DNA of 64,000 nt from Candidatus Nitrosopelagicus sp. (GTDB lineage: Archaea; Thermoproteota; Nitrososphaeria; Nitrososphaerales; Nitrosopumilaceae). Shown here one piece after another: positions 9,892-19,173 of the stretch; position 1 is the first letter of the stretch; every line of letters begins with the position of its first letter. The stretch lies in contig JAOMEP010000001.1 in the NCBI GenBank assembly GCA_028345965.1, forward strand, positions 1,872-65,871, in the 5' to 3' direction. The notes under the pieces are model-generated. The model made no database searches, was not told the DNA's origin, and worked only from the letters and a program-made list of their open reading frames with translations. A program made the position numbers and the translations under genes.

Positions 9892-10746
9892 CTAGCTGTT
9901 ATGTGTTAATTTTGATGGATTCTTAATGTCAATTTTTCCCAGTAAGCCTGTAGATTTTAAAAGAAGAGTACCTACTAGAATTCCAACTGCTATAACAACT
10001 ATAGTTCCTGATGGTGCAACGTTGAGGAAATAAGATACAAGTATGCCACTAACTACAGAGATAACTGAAATACTCATTGATATGAAAACTGTTTTTTTAA
10101 ATCCCTTACCAAACTGCATTGCGGTAATATTTGGAATTACAATAAGTGCAGAGATTAACAGTATTCCAACTAGCCTCATAGAAGTTACAACTGTAATAGA
10201 TGCAAGAACAACAAAAGCGTAATTTAACAAAGTTGTTCTCATACCTGCAAGTTTGGCTTGTTCTTCGTTGAAAGTTAGATGAAGAAATTGTTTTTGTAAA
10301 ATGGTTAGTGTAGCAATGATTCCTGCACTAAGAGCAAGAATCATTATAGTATCTTCCTGACTTATCAAAAGAATACTTCCAAACAAAAAGCTAAAGAGAT
10401 CCACTGAAAATCCACCAGAAGAACTCACGAGAATCACACCTACGGCTAATCCAGAAACCAAGACTACAGCAACTGCAGAATCACCGGATATTTTGGTACT
10501 TTGTCTTAATTTTTGTAGTCCCAGTCCACCAAATATTGATACGATAAACGCGGTCCATAATGGAAAAACTCCTAAGAATAAACCAACCGAGATACCGCCA
10601 AAGGCAACATGTGCAATCCCATCACCAAATAAAGAATAACGTCGTAGCACTAGAAAGGTTCCCATAAATGAACAAATCAAACCAACTGCAATACCTGCAA
10701 TCAGTGCTTTTTGCATAAATCCATAAGAGAGAGCTTCAAGAATCAT
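9892..10746 (-). CDS. znuB: Zn/Mn ABC transporter permease
   Basis: GTFLVLRRYSLFGDGIAHVAFGG, LFSFLFGSIL, VGILLISALIVIP. Confidence 0.9.
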   Translation of the reverse strand: MILEALSYGFMQKALIAGIAVGLICSFMGTFLVLRRYSLFGDGIAHVAFGGISVGLFLGVFPLWTAFIVSIFGGLGLQKLRQSTKISGDSAVAVVLVSGLAVGVILVSSSGGFSVDLFSFLFGSILLISQEDTIMILALSAGIIATLTILQKQFLHLTFNEEQAKLAGMRTTLLNYAFVVLASITVVTSMRLVGILLISALIVIPNITAMQFGKGFKKTVFISMSISVISVVSGILVSYFLNVAPSGTIVVIAVGILVGTLLLKSTGLLGKIDIKNPSKLTHNS

Positions 10747-10762
10747 TTTTTCATCCTATTCA

Positions 10763-11569
10763 TTAATGCTCATGATTATGCATGTGCATTTGCATTGATG
10801 ATTCAGTGTACATTTTAAGAAGTTCTTTGTCTGAAAAGAATTTTTCTTTTTCTCCATGGAAAAAGATTTTCTTGTTCATGCATGCAACTCTGTTTGCATA
10901 TTTTGAAATTGCATCAAGGTCATGCGAAGACCAGATTATAGTTATGTTATTTTGTTCATTGATTGTTTTAATAACATTATAGAATTTTGTTTGTGATTCA
11001 ACGTCAACACTAGCAACAGGTTCGTCTAGAATCAACAACAAAGGATCTTTTACTAAGGCTTTTGCAATGAAGACACGTTGCAATTCTCCTCCTGAAAGTT
11101 CACCGATTCTTCTATTCCTGAGAGATTCTAATCCTACAGTATGTAGAGCTTGAGTTATTTTATCATCGTTCTTTTCTATTGATTGGTATATTCTGTTCCA
11201 GCAACAATCACATTGTTGAATTAGTTTTACTCCCTGTACTATACGTTTGTCAGAAATTAATCCCATTGAGACAACATCATAAACAGTTGCAGGGAAATTT
11301 GGTTCGAATGTTACTTTTTGTGGTACATAACCAATTAGTGGAACAATTGAATCATACTTTGAATCTTCATATCCAAATAATTTGATGTTGCCAGAATATG
11401 GCTGTAATCCTAAGATTGCTCTAAATAATGTAGTCTTGCCAGCACCATTAGGTCCAATAATTCCTAAACAATCACCTTGTTTTACATCAAAACTGATGTT
11501 ATCCACTGCAGGAAGATTATCATAATTTACTGTAAGATCTTTTACATCAAGTACATTAGTTACTGACAT
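10763..11569 (-). CDS. znuC: Zn/Mn ABC transporter ATP-binding protein
   Basis: GPNGAGKTT, GYVPQ, LSGGELQRV, LILDEP, SSHD; His-rich tail. Confidence 0.92.
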   Translation of the reverse strand: MSVTNVLDVKDLTVNYDNLPAVDNISFDVKQGDCLGIIGPNGAGKTTLFRAILGLQPYSGNIKLFGYEDSKYDSIVPLIGYVPQKVTFEPNFPATVYDVVSMGLISDKRIVQGVKLIQQCDCCWNRIYQSIEKNDDKITQALHTVGLESLRNRRIGELSGGELQRVFIAKALVKDPLLLILDEPVASVDVESQTKFYNVIKTINEQNNITIIWSSHDLDAISKYANRVACMNKKIFFHGEKEKFFSDKELLKMYTESSMQMHMHNHEH

Positions 11570-11700
11570 TCAGTATCACCTTTAGAGTACCAGGTATTAT
11601 TACCATAATTAATTGCAAATTTTTCTAAATTATGAAGTCTTATTTCTATCTCTTCAATTTTATCCACTAACATTTGCATTACTTGAGAATTATCAACCAT
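11560..11700 (-). CDS. Small hypothetical protein (46 aa, not in ORF track)
   Basis: MVDNSQVMQMLVDKIEEIEIRLHNLEKFAINYGNNTWYSKGDTECQ*; fills the operon gap and overlaps the znuC start. Confidence 0.55.
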   Translation of the reverse strand: MVDNSQVMQMLVDKIEEIEIRLHNLEKFAINYGNNTWYSKGDTECQ

Positions 11701-11713
11701 TATAACCATATGG

Positions 11714-11932
11714 TCAAACGCCCTGCCAGGCCTTTTCTTTATGTTCCTTTATCCACTGTTTTGCCATAGGAAGTAGTTTGTCAACATCTACATTTTTTGA
11801 CTTTAGTGAGATTGCAAAATTATTGTTATGACTTGAAGATGAATCATTTATTTCAATTTGAATCTCATTTACGCCTGCATCAGCACTTTCTTTAGTACTT
11901 GAAGGGTCAGTCTTACATTCTTTTATTGACAT
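11714..11932 (-). CDS. Small hypothetical protein (72 aa) inside the znu operon
   Basis: Start overlaps the znuA 3' end; AGGTG SD-like site upstream. Confidence 0.6.
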   Translation of the reverse strand: MSIKECKTDPSSTKESADAGVNEIQIEINDSSSSHNNNFAISLKSKNVDVDKLLPMAKQWIKEHKEKAWQGV

Positions 11933-13287
11933 TCAAGAGCCACCTTTAGAGAATCGAGATTTTCTTCCATCTTATCGATGTAAGATACGTTTGATCTTGC
12001 CTCTTCTTGACTCAATGCTTCAAGTGGGCTGAATAACATGACTTGAGCATTTGCTTCATCTGCAATTACCTCTGCAAGTCTTGGATCAACTAAGTCTTCT
12101 GAAAAGATTACCTTGATGTCATTATCCTTAACAAAATCTACAAATTCAGCAATTTCAGCAGCTGAAGCTTCTGCATCAGGTGCCACTCCACCTAAAGCCA
12201 TGATATGTATGTCATATCTTTCTCCAAGATAGGTAAACGCATTATGATATGGAACAATTGTGTCTTTCTGACATGAGGATAAAGCAGTGCCTATTTTCAT
12301 ATCTAATGCATCCATTTTATTATTGTAAATACGAGCATTCTCTTCATAGTGCTCTTTGTTTTCAGGATCTGCTTGAATCAATCCATCGCGTATAACATTA
12401 ACTTGTTGTTTTACTAAAATTGGATCTAACCAAATGTGTGGATCAAATTCATAATCATGATCATGTCCATCGTGTCCTCCTTCTTCATGTTCATCGTGAT
12501 CATCATGGTCATCATCTTTTGCATGTTCATCATGTACATCTTCACCAGAAACTAAGTGGTGAATTTCTTCTAAACCTTCTGGACCTGCAACGTGACCATC
12601 TTCAATTTCATGTAACACATGCTCAATGTCTTCAATTATACTTGCTCCGTGTTCATGTCCGTCACCTTCATGTTCATGAAGTATTTCTTCTATAGCTTCA
12701 ATAGATTGTGATTCAGTCATATGTCCTTCTTCAAATTCTTCAATTACTAGTGCAATTTCTTCGTGGAATTCTTCAGCATGAGAATCATCATGGTCATCAT
12801 CTTTTGCATGTTCATCGTGATCATCATGGTCATCATCTTTTGCATGTTCATCGTGATCATCATGGTCATCTTCAAATTTTAATAGTTCAACGCCGTCAGA
12901 TGCTTTAACAAATAAAATATTGTCAAACTCTCCTGATTCAATTATATTTTCAAGATAAGGTTCCATTCCTAATCCATTGTATACAAAAACGTCAGCATCT
13001 TTCAAAGACTGAATCTCTTGGGCTCGTGGTTCCCAATCATGAGCTTCAACTCCAGATGGCATAAATTGTTTAACATCAGCAAAGTCACCGGCTACATTTT
13101 TTGTAAACTCATGGTATGGATAAAATGATGTAATGATAGATATTTTTTCTTCTTGTGGTACAGTTACAGGTGGTGTATCCATAGGTGCGGAGTCATTTGA
13201 AATTCCACTAAACGCAAAAACAGAACCAATTACTGCTATTGCAATAGCAACACCAGCTACGATAGCAATTGATGAATTCTTATTCAT
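11923..13287 (-). CDS. znuA: Zn/Mn ABC transporter substrate-binding protein with large His/Asp/Glu-rich insertion
   Basis: N-terminal membrane anchor, GVEAHDWEP, DPHIWLDP, YHNAFTY cluster A-I motifs; long acidic His-rich loop. Confidence 0.92.
   Translation of the reverse strand: MNKNSSIAIVAGVAIAIAVIGSVFAFSGISNDSAPMDTPPVTVPQEEKISIITSFYPYHEFTKNVAGDFADVKQFMPSGVEAHDWEPRAQEIQSLKDADVFVYNGLGMEPYLENIIESGEFDNILFVKASDGVELLKFEDDHDDHDEHAKDDDHDDHDEHAKDDDHDDSHAEEFHEEIALVIEEFEEGHMTESQSIEAIEEILHEHEGDGHEHGASIIEDIEHVLHEIEDGHVAGPEGLEEIHHLVSGEDVHDEHAKDDDHDDHDEHEEGGHDGHDHDYEFDPHIWLDPILVKQQVNVIRDGLIQADPENKEHYEENARIYNNKMDALDMKIGTALSSCQKDTIVPYHNAFTYLGERYDIHIMALGGVAPDAEASAAEIAEFVDFVKDNDIKVIFSEDLVDPRLAEVIADEANAQVMLFSPLEALSQEEARSNVSYIDKMEENLDSLKVALECQ
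12785..12870. repeat. 36-bp tandem repeat (~2.4 copies; another copy at 12486-12531) encoding DDDHDDHDEHAK
   Basis: tcatcatggtcatcatcttttgcatgttcatcgtga at 12785 and 12821, partial at 12857. Confidence 0.9.
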
Positions 13288-13376
13288 AGATAATCAACCC
13301 GGGTGAAAACAAGGCAAGATTGAATGTACGACTGAAGCATGCGGTTGCTTTCGTGCAGACTTGCCAAGTTTCCCAT
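13284..13376 (-). other. Structured znuA leader with a 30-aa upstream ORF whose stop overlaps the znuA start (ATGA)
   Basis: GC-rich hairpin GGCAAG...AAGCA-accgca-TGCTT...CTTGCC; ORF MGNLASLHESNRMLQSYIQSCLVFTRVDYL*. Confidence 0.45.
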
Positions 13377-13394
13377 AAAACAATGTAAAAAATC

Positions 13395-13457
13395 TTATTA
13401 ATAAATGTGTAAAAAGTTAATAACATTTTGTTAATATTTTTATGTTTCTTAATAACA
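13395..13457. promoter_or_regulatory. Divergent promoter region with putative operators for the NikR-like regulator
   Basis: TTATTAA-N15-TTAATAA inverted repeat (13395-13423); second imperfect TGTTAAT-N15-AATAACA (13429-13457); TTAATAACA repeated at 13417 and 13449. Confidence 0.5.
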
Positions 13458-13465
13458 ACGAGCAT

Positions 13466-13849
13466 ATGCCAATTGTCTCCATTTCATTAAATGATGAAAT
13501 TCTCAAACAAATTGATAATTTGCAAAAGAATCTTGGATTTTCAGGCAGGTCAGATGCAATTAGAGCAGGAATTCGAAGTTTTGTTTCAGAAGAAAAACAA
13601 AAAGAAGATCTTTCAGGAAATGTCAATGCCATTTTGTTAGTTGTCCATAATGATGAATATGACAATCAGGTAACTGAAATCAAACATTCCTATGAAGACC
13701 TCATTACGATGCATTTACACAATAAGATTGAAGGTGACAAATGTATGGAACTTTTCATCTTGAAAGGAGAATCAAACTCTGTCAACGAAATAACAAAAGG
13801 TTTTCAGATTAATAAAAAAATGGACACTGTAAAGTTAGTTGCATTATAA
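13466..13849 (+). CDS. NikR-like CopG/ribbon-helix-helix metal-responsive regulator
   Basis: MPIVSISL...GFSGRSDAIRAGIR RHH domain; HSYEDLITMHLHNKIEGDKCME NikR metal site (H, HxH, C); ATG at 13466. Confidence 0.85.
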   Translation: MPIVSISLNDEILKQIDNLQKNLGFSGRSDAIRAGIRSFVSEEKQKEDLSGNVNAILLVVHNDEYDNQVTEIKHSYEDLITMHLHNKIEGDKCMELFILKGESNSVNEITKGFQINKKMDTVKLVAL

Positions 13850-13850
13850 A

Positions 13851-15566
13851 ATGAATGACGAAGAAATAAAAGATGAGATTAGAAAATTTGCATTACAAAA
13901 TGCTGCAGAACATGAAGGTCAAACAAGAGATAAAACAATTCTTGCAAAAATAATGGGAAATGTACCAGAGCTAAGACAAAAAGCAAAAGAGATATCACCA
14001 ATAATTACTGAAATTGTTTCAGAAATAAATCAAATTCCACTTGAAGAGCAACAAAAGGAAATACAAGAAAGATATCCAGAGTTATTAGAGATAAAAAAAG
14101 AAAAACCACAAAAAGAAAGTCTTTTGCCAGCTTTAAAAAATACAGAAGGAAAAGAAATCATTACAAGATTTCCTCCCGCACCAAATGGTTATCCGCACAT
14201 AGGTCATGCAAAGGCTGCAGTAATCAGTGAAGAATATGCAAAGATGCACGGTGGAAAAATGATCTTAAGGTTTGAAGATACAAATCCAGGAACTGAACGA
14301 TTAGAATATTATGCTGCAATTAAAGTTGGAATGGATTGGTTGGGAATAAAATATGATAGTGTTGAATATGTTTCAGATAGTTTAGATGTACTTTACAAAA
14401 AAGCAGATGAAATTATAAAATCAAATGACGCATATGTTTGCACATGTAGCCAAGACAGTATTAGTAAGGATAGAAGGGAGATGACTGAATGTGGTTGTAC
14501 AAAACAAAGTTTAGAAGAAAATGAAAAACTATGGCATAAAATGTTTGACGAAAAAGGCTTCAAAGAAGGACAGGCATTATTGCGATTTAGAGGAAATATG
14601 CAATCTGGAAATACAACTATGCGAGATCCTGCACTATTCAGAATTAACACAAAAAGACATGCAAGACAGGAACAAAAATACAAAGTTTGGCCAACATATG
14701 ATTTTGCAGGCATAATTTTTGACAGTATAAGCAATGTTTCACATGCCATGAGGTCAAAGGAGTTTGAATTAAGAAAAGAGCTCCATCATACAATTTTAGA
14801 TAAATTAGGAATGGAAAAATCTGAGTTCATCTTTTTTGGCAGATTAGATTTGGAGGGAATGCCGGTATCAAAGAGTGCATTAAAACCGTTAATTGAAAAC
14901 GGTAAGGTTCCATGGTATGACGACCCAAGATTACCAACTCTTGAGGGATTACGAAGAAGAGGAATCAGACCAGAAGCGGTAAAGAAATTTGTCTTATCTT
15001 TGGGATTAACAAAAAATGATACTGTTTCACCATTTGCAACGCTAGAGGCATTTAACAAGAAAATAATCGATTCTGAGAGTATTAGACTTCACATGGTTCG
15101 AAATCCAAAGGAACTGAAAATTACGAATCTTCCATCAAGTGAATTTCATTTACCAAATCACCCTACAGTTGATTTAGGAAAACGAACTGTCATTGTTGAT
15201 GATTCAGTAATGATTGAAGGTGAGGATGCAAAAGATTTGAAGAATGGAGAATCTATTAGACTCTTAGGAATTGGAATTGTGAAGATTACAGATAGTTCAG
15301 AACTTACTGCAGAATTTATTTCAGAAAATGCTGAAAATATTGAAAAAAAAATACAATGGGTTGCAGGAGAACCAATAAAAATCAAAATTATAGTTCCTGA
15401 TCAGTTATTTTTTGGTGAGAAATTTAATGACGATAGTCTAAAAGAAGTAGAAGGTTTTGTGGAACAGGCGTACTTAGAGTTAAAAGACGGTGATGAAATC
15501 CAATTCATAAGATTTGGTTATTGTAGAAAAGAATCAACACACCAAGTCATATTTACACACAAGTGA
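13851..15566 (+). CDS. gltX: Glutamate--tRNA ligase (archaeal)
   Basis: TRFPPAPNGYPHIGH, LRFEDTNP, WPTYDF, DDPRLPTL. Confidence 0.95.
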   Translation: MNDEEIKDEIRKFALQNAAEHEGQTRDKTILAKIMGNVPELRQKAKEISPIITEIVSEINQIPLEEQQKEIQERYPELLEIKKEKPQKESLLPALKNTEGKEIITRFPPAPNGYPHIGHAKAAVISEEYAKMHGGKMILRFEDTNPGTERLEYYAAIKVGMDWLGIKYDSVEYVSDSLDVLYKKADEIIKSNDAYVCTCSQDSISKDRREMTECGCTKQSLEENEKLWHKMFDEKGFKEGQALLRFRGNMQSGNTTMRDPALFRINTKRHARQEQKYKVWPTYDFAGIIFDSISNVSHAMRSKEFELRKELHHTILDKLGMEKSEFIFFGRLDLEGMPVSKSALKPLIENGKVPWYDDPRLPTLEGLRRRGIRPEAVKKFVLSLGLTKNDTVSPFATLEAFNKKIIDSESIRLHMVRNPKELKITNLPSSEFHLPNHPTVDLGKRTVIVDDSVMIEGEDAKDLKNGESIRLLGIGIVKITDSSELTAEFISENAENIEKKIQWVAGEPIKIKIIVPDQLFFGEKFNDDSLKEVEGFVEQAYLELKDGDEIQFIRFGYCRKESTHQVIFTHK

Positions 15567-15572
15567 GAAAAA

Positions 15573-16436
15573 ATGAAAATTGCAAGAGTAGTAAAATCAG
15601 GTAAAGAGACTTTTGGACTAGTTAAAGATGGAAAAATTGCCACAAAAGATGACATTACCCAATCAACTGGAATACCAATTCCAATGAATGTTAGAGATTT
15701 TTTGTTTGATGGTTGGTTTGAAGAAATTTTACCAAAGATTAGCGAAATTGAGTTTAAACATGAATTATCAGAATTTGATGTTCTGGCACCAATTCCTAAT
15801 CCTAACAAAATAATTTGCTTGGCATTTAATTACAAAGATCATGCAGAAGAACAAAAATTGACACCTCCTAAGGAACCAGCAATTGTAAACAAACCAAGAA
15901 CCGCGCTTAATGGAACAAATTCAGAGATAGTTTGTCCAAATTTTGTCAAAGAGTTAGATTATGAAGTAGAACTTGCCTTGATAATCGGAAAAAAATGTAA
16001 GAATATTTCTGAAGAAGAGGCAATGAATAAAATTTTTGGATATATGATACTAAATGATGTATCAGCAAGAGACATTCAAGCCATGGATAAACAATTTACA
16101 AGAGCAAAGTCATTTGATACGTTTGCTCCATGTGGTCCATGGATTACAACAAAAGATGAGATTGATAATCCTCAAAATCTCAAACTTTTAACAAAAGTTA
16201 ATGGAACTATTAGACAAAATTCTACAACATCAAATATGTTCATAAAAATCCCATCAATAATATCCATACTAAGTAAATCCATGACACTAGAACCAGGAGA
16301 TATAATTTCTACCGGAACTGCTGCAGGAGTTGCATTGAACAATCCAAATATTCCATATCTAAAAGATGGGGATTTGATAGAGATGGAAATAGAAAAGTTG
16401 GGCTCAATTACAAATACAGTCAAATTTGTAGATTGA
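15573..16436 (+). CDS. Fumarylacetoacetate hydrolase family protein
   Basis: NYKDHAEE, LDYEVELA, NDVSARD, AKSFDTF, GDIISTGT. Confidence 0.92.
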   Translation: MKIARVVKSGKETFGLVKDGKIATKDDITQSTGIPIPMNVRDFLFDGWFEEILPKISEIEFKHELSEFDVLAPIPNPNKIICLAFNYKDHAEEQKLTPPKEPAIVNKPRTALNGTNSEIVCPNFVKELDYEVELALIIGKKCKNISEEEAMNKIFGYMILNDVSARDIQAMDKQFTRAKSFDTFAPCGPWITTKDEIDNPQNLKLLTKVNGTIRQNSTTSNMFIKIPSIISILSKSMTLEPGDIISTGTAAGVALNNPNIPYLKDGDLIEMEIEKLGSITNTVKFVD

Positions 16437-17241
16437 GTTTTTTCTGCATTAAATAAAATGGAAATTTATTTTCTAGATTTTTGATTTGTGGTAATGATTC
16501 AAGCTCAGTTAGTATTCTAATCTTTGAATAATTTTTTTCATATGCAAGATTTTGTACAAATTTTATCATATTTTCAGGTTCGATGCCAGAAAGAATTTCT
16601 AAAATTATTGTATTTTCAAATGATTCAGACTCAGTAATTATACCCAAAGCGATTGTTTTGTTGTTAGTTTTTTGACAGAATATTTTATTTTCAGAGTTTA
16701 ATTTGTTTATTCGTTCATTAGTTAATGGAATCCATCTCCAAGATTCAACAAAATGATGATTTTGTACATCTAGTTCTTTACATTCATCCAAACATGAATT
16801 AGACATATCAATATTCTGTGAAGAGATTTGTTTTGATTCTAAAGAATAGTAATTCCACTGGGAGATTATTTCATATCCAAGTTTTTTAGCTAACGTAAGA
16901 GAAGGAATATTTTCAGATGCAATGAGCATTCTAGATATTTTAAATTCTTGTGACTTTGCATTTATTTCAAAATGATGAATCATTTTTTCTGCTATACCTT
17001 TTTTTCTAAAATCTTCACTCACACGAATTCCTTCAATCCAAATCATTTTTTCCATAGGATAAAATCCAGCATGTGCCATGGAAATAGGAATTTCTTCATT
17101 TTCAACTACAATTAAATTTCCTTCAGTAATCCAATTGTCCCATACCTCATGTATGTAATCACCCCATGAGAATGTGTTTTTGCAAAAATTCAAGACATCT
17201 TTTTTATCAGAAATTTGAGCTAGTCGAGGAGAATTATCCAT
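16420..17241 (-). CDS. GNAT family N-acetyltransferase
   Basis: EGIRVSEDFRKKGIA acetyl-CoA motif; NIPSLTLAKKLGY. Confidence 0.8.
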   Translation of the reverse strand: MDNSPRLAQISDKKDVLNFCKNTFSWGDYIHEVWDNWITEGNLIVVENEEIPISMAHAGFYPMEKMIWIEGIRVSEDFRKKGIAEKMIHHFEINAKSQEFKISRMLIASENIPSLTLAKKLGYEIISQWNYYSLESKQISSQNIDMSNSCLDECKELDVQNHHFVESWRWIPLTNERINKLNSENKIFCQKTNNKTIALGIITESESFENTIILEILSGIEPENMIKFVQNLAYEKNYSKIRILTELESLPQIKNLENKFPFYLMQKKLNLQI

Positions 17242-17283
17242 AAAATAAGAAAAATTATTAAGAATATAAAATCGATTTAGTTC

Positions 17284-17592
17284 ATGGGACGAATTATTGC
17301 GTGTAAATCATCAGAGTTGGAATCTGGAAAAATGAAAAAAGTTTCTGTGGATAGTAAAGAGATTCTAGTTGCAAATGTAAATGGAAATTATTTTGCATGT
17401 GATGATACATGCACACACTCAGGTGCTAGTTTATCAGAAGGAAAATTAGAAAATTCAACAATTACGTGCGGATGGCACGCAGCGGAATTTAATTGCGAGA
17501 CAGGTAAAATGGAAAAATTTCCTGCAAAGATTAACGATTTAAAGTCATATACAGTGGTAATAGAATCAGAAGATGTATTCATAGAGATTTGA
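17284..17592 (+). CDS. Rieske-type [2Fe-2S] ferredoxin
   Basis: CTHSGASL...CGWHAAEF (CxH...CxxH). Confidence 0.92.
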   Translation: MGRIIACKSSELESGKMKKVSVDSKEILVANVNGNYFACDDTCTHSGASLSEGKLENSTITCGWHAAEFNCETGKMEKFPAKINDLKSYTVVIESEDVFIEI

Positions 17593-17595
17593 GAG

Positions 17596-17859
17596 ATGAG
17601 CGAAGAAAATAAACAAGCAATGGAGAGTGCAATTCAAACACTCAATCAACTAGCAACTAGCCATTCTACACCAAAAAATTTCAAGAAAACAATTGCAGAC
17701 TTGATTATAGAGTTACAGACAGAAGAATATTCAATATCAGTAAGAGCAGCCAATGCAATTAGTAGTTTAGATGACATCACACAAGATCCAAATGTACCCT
17801 CATTTGTGAGAACCACATTATGGCAAGCAGTATCAGTTTTAGAGAGCATAAGAGAATAA
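17596..17859 (+). CDS. UPF0147 family protein
   Basis: PKN..., VRAANAISSLDDITQDPNVPSFVRTTLWQAVSVLE. Confidence 0.85.
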   Translation: MSEENKQAMESAIQTLNQLATSHSTPKNFKKTIADLIIELQTEEYSISVRAANAISSLDDITQDPNVPSFVRTTLWQAVSVLESIRE

Positions 17860-17884
17860 ATTCCCTTAAAACTTTAGCAGTACA

Positions 17885-18646
17885 ATGAAAATTGAAGAAT
17901 ATCTGTCCACACTACCAAAATCGATCATATCAGGTGAAGAAATTCAAATTCCTCCAGATACAATAAGAGAAATTTTCAGATTTACAAATTTAGAAAAAAA
18001 TGATACATTCTATCACCTAGGATGTGGGGATGGAACAAGTCTTGCAATTGCAAGACAAGAATTTAATGTGAAAAATGCTATTGGAATAGATAATTCAGAG
18101 AAAATGATTACTGCCGCAAAGAAAATGATTAGTGAAAAAAATATTTCCAATATCAAAGTGATTGAACAAGATGTACGTAAAGCAGAGTTTAATGATGCAG
18201 ATGTAATTTTATGTTGGTTTATGGATGCAGAAATTTTAGAAGATTTAATTGAGAAATTTAAAAAATTAAAAAGTAATGTTAGAATAATTACAATTTGGGC
18301 TCCATTACCAGGATGTCTACCACAAAAAGTTGATTTTCCATACATCATGAATGAAACTCCATTTAATGAAACAGATGATTTGAAAAAGCAATTGATGGCA
18401 GTATTTGATACAGAATGTATTGGATTTGTAACTGCATGGGAATATGCAGAACGATACACAAAGTCAATAGGTCGAGATAATCCAGAAAATGATAGATTTC
18501 TTGTTATAATTCAAGCATTAACAATTTGGATAAATGCAAAGAATCTTGGAGTTGCCTGCGGAGAAGAAATACCAGTTTCAATCAAATCATACATTGCAAT
18601 TCTTAAGGAATATTTTGGAATTGAAGTTGAGCACTTGTTAAAATAA
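17885..18646 (+). CDS. SAM-dependent methyltransferase
   Basis: FYHLGCGDG motif I, GIDNS. Confidence 0.8.
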   Translation: MKIEEYLSTLPKSIISGEEIQIPPDTIREIFRFTNLEKNDTFYHLGCGDGTSLAIARQEFNVKNAIGIDNSEKMITAAKKMISEKNISNIKVIEQDVRKAEFNDADVILCWFMDAEILEDLIEKFKKLKSNVRIITIWAPLPGCLPQKVDFPYIMNETPFNETDDLKKQLMAVFDTECIGFVTAWEYAERYTKSIGRDNPENDRFLVIIQALTIWINAKNLGVACGEEIPVSIKSYIAILKEYFGIEVEHLLK

Positions 18647-18684
18647 TCAAGTCAACCTTTTATTTCCAAAAATCAAGCAATAGT

Positions 18685-19032
18685 ATGGAAGAGAGAATAA
18701 ACATCAATGTTTCTGCAACAGAATATGATAAAACTAGTAAGGAAATCAAAAGAGTACTAGGTAGAATGGAAGAAATGGTTCACGGCCAAGAGGATTTCCT
18801 GATAACTGATTCTGAGTTTGCGTTTGGTTGGCACTTCTTTGTAGCTTCTGTAAACAGAGAGATGGTCATTAAACTTGCAGATATGATGGGAGATGAATTT
18901 AACAAATACAAAGGAAAAGGATTAGATAAAAAATTCATTTCGTTATTGTCTGAAAAAATGGATGGAAAAGATGTGAAAATAAAATTTGCTTTAAAAGAAG
19001 AAATGGAATCAAGCAAATTTGGAATATTTTAA
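18685..19032 (+). CDS. Hypothetical protein
   Basis: 115-aa ORF with upstream TATA-like CTTTTATT; no recognised motif. Confidence 0.7.
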   Translation: MEERININVSATEYDKTSKEIKRVLGRMEEMVHGQEDFLITDSEFAFGWHFFVASVNREMVIKLADMMGDEFNKYKGKGLDKKFISLLSEKMDGKDVKIKFALKEEMESSKFGIF

Positions 19033-19041
19033 AAATTAAGG

Positions 19042-19114
19042 GGCCTCTGGGGGGAATCGAACACCCATCCGGGGATCCACAATCCCCTATCCTAGCCATT
19101 GGACGACAGAGGCC
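19042..19114 (-). tRNA. tRNA-His(GTG) with genome-encoded G-1
   Basis: G-GCCTCTGTCGTCCAATGG...GGGGATTGTGGATCCCC...GTTCGATT...CAGAGGC-C; discriminator C73. Confidence 0.95.
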
Positions 19115-19173
19115 ACAAAGAAACTAATTTTTTTTGTTGTATTAATCTTATAGCTCACATGTGTTAATTGCGA

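Noticed and set aside
9209-9895. 228-aa plus-strand ORF
   Set aside because: Antisense to the TPR gene; Ser/Phe-rich composition typical of shadow frames.
12420-12908. His-rich plus-strand ORFs, and the 36-bp repeats as a possible CRISPR array
   Set aside because: The ORFs are antisense readings of the znuA repeats. The repeats are contiguous and in frame, have no spacers, and no cas genes are present.
13280-13665. Minus-strand ORFs 13280-13465 and 13417-13665
   Set aside because: They overlap the promoter/operator region and the NikR-like gene; no motifs.
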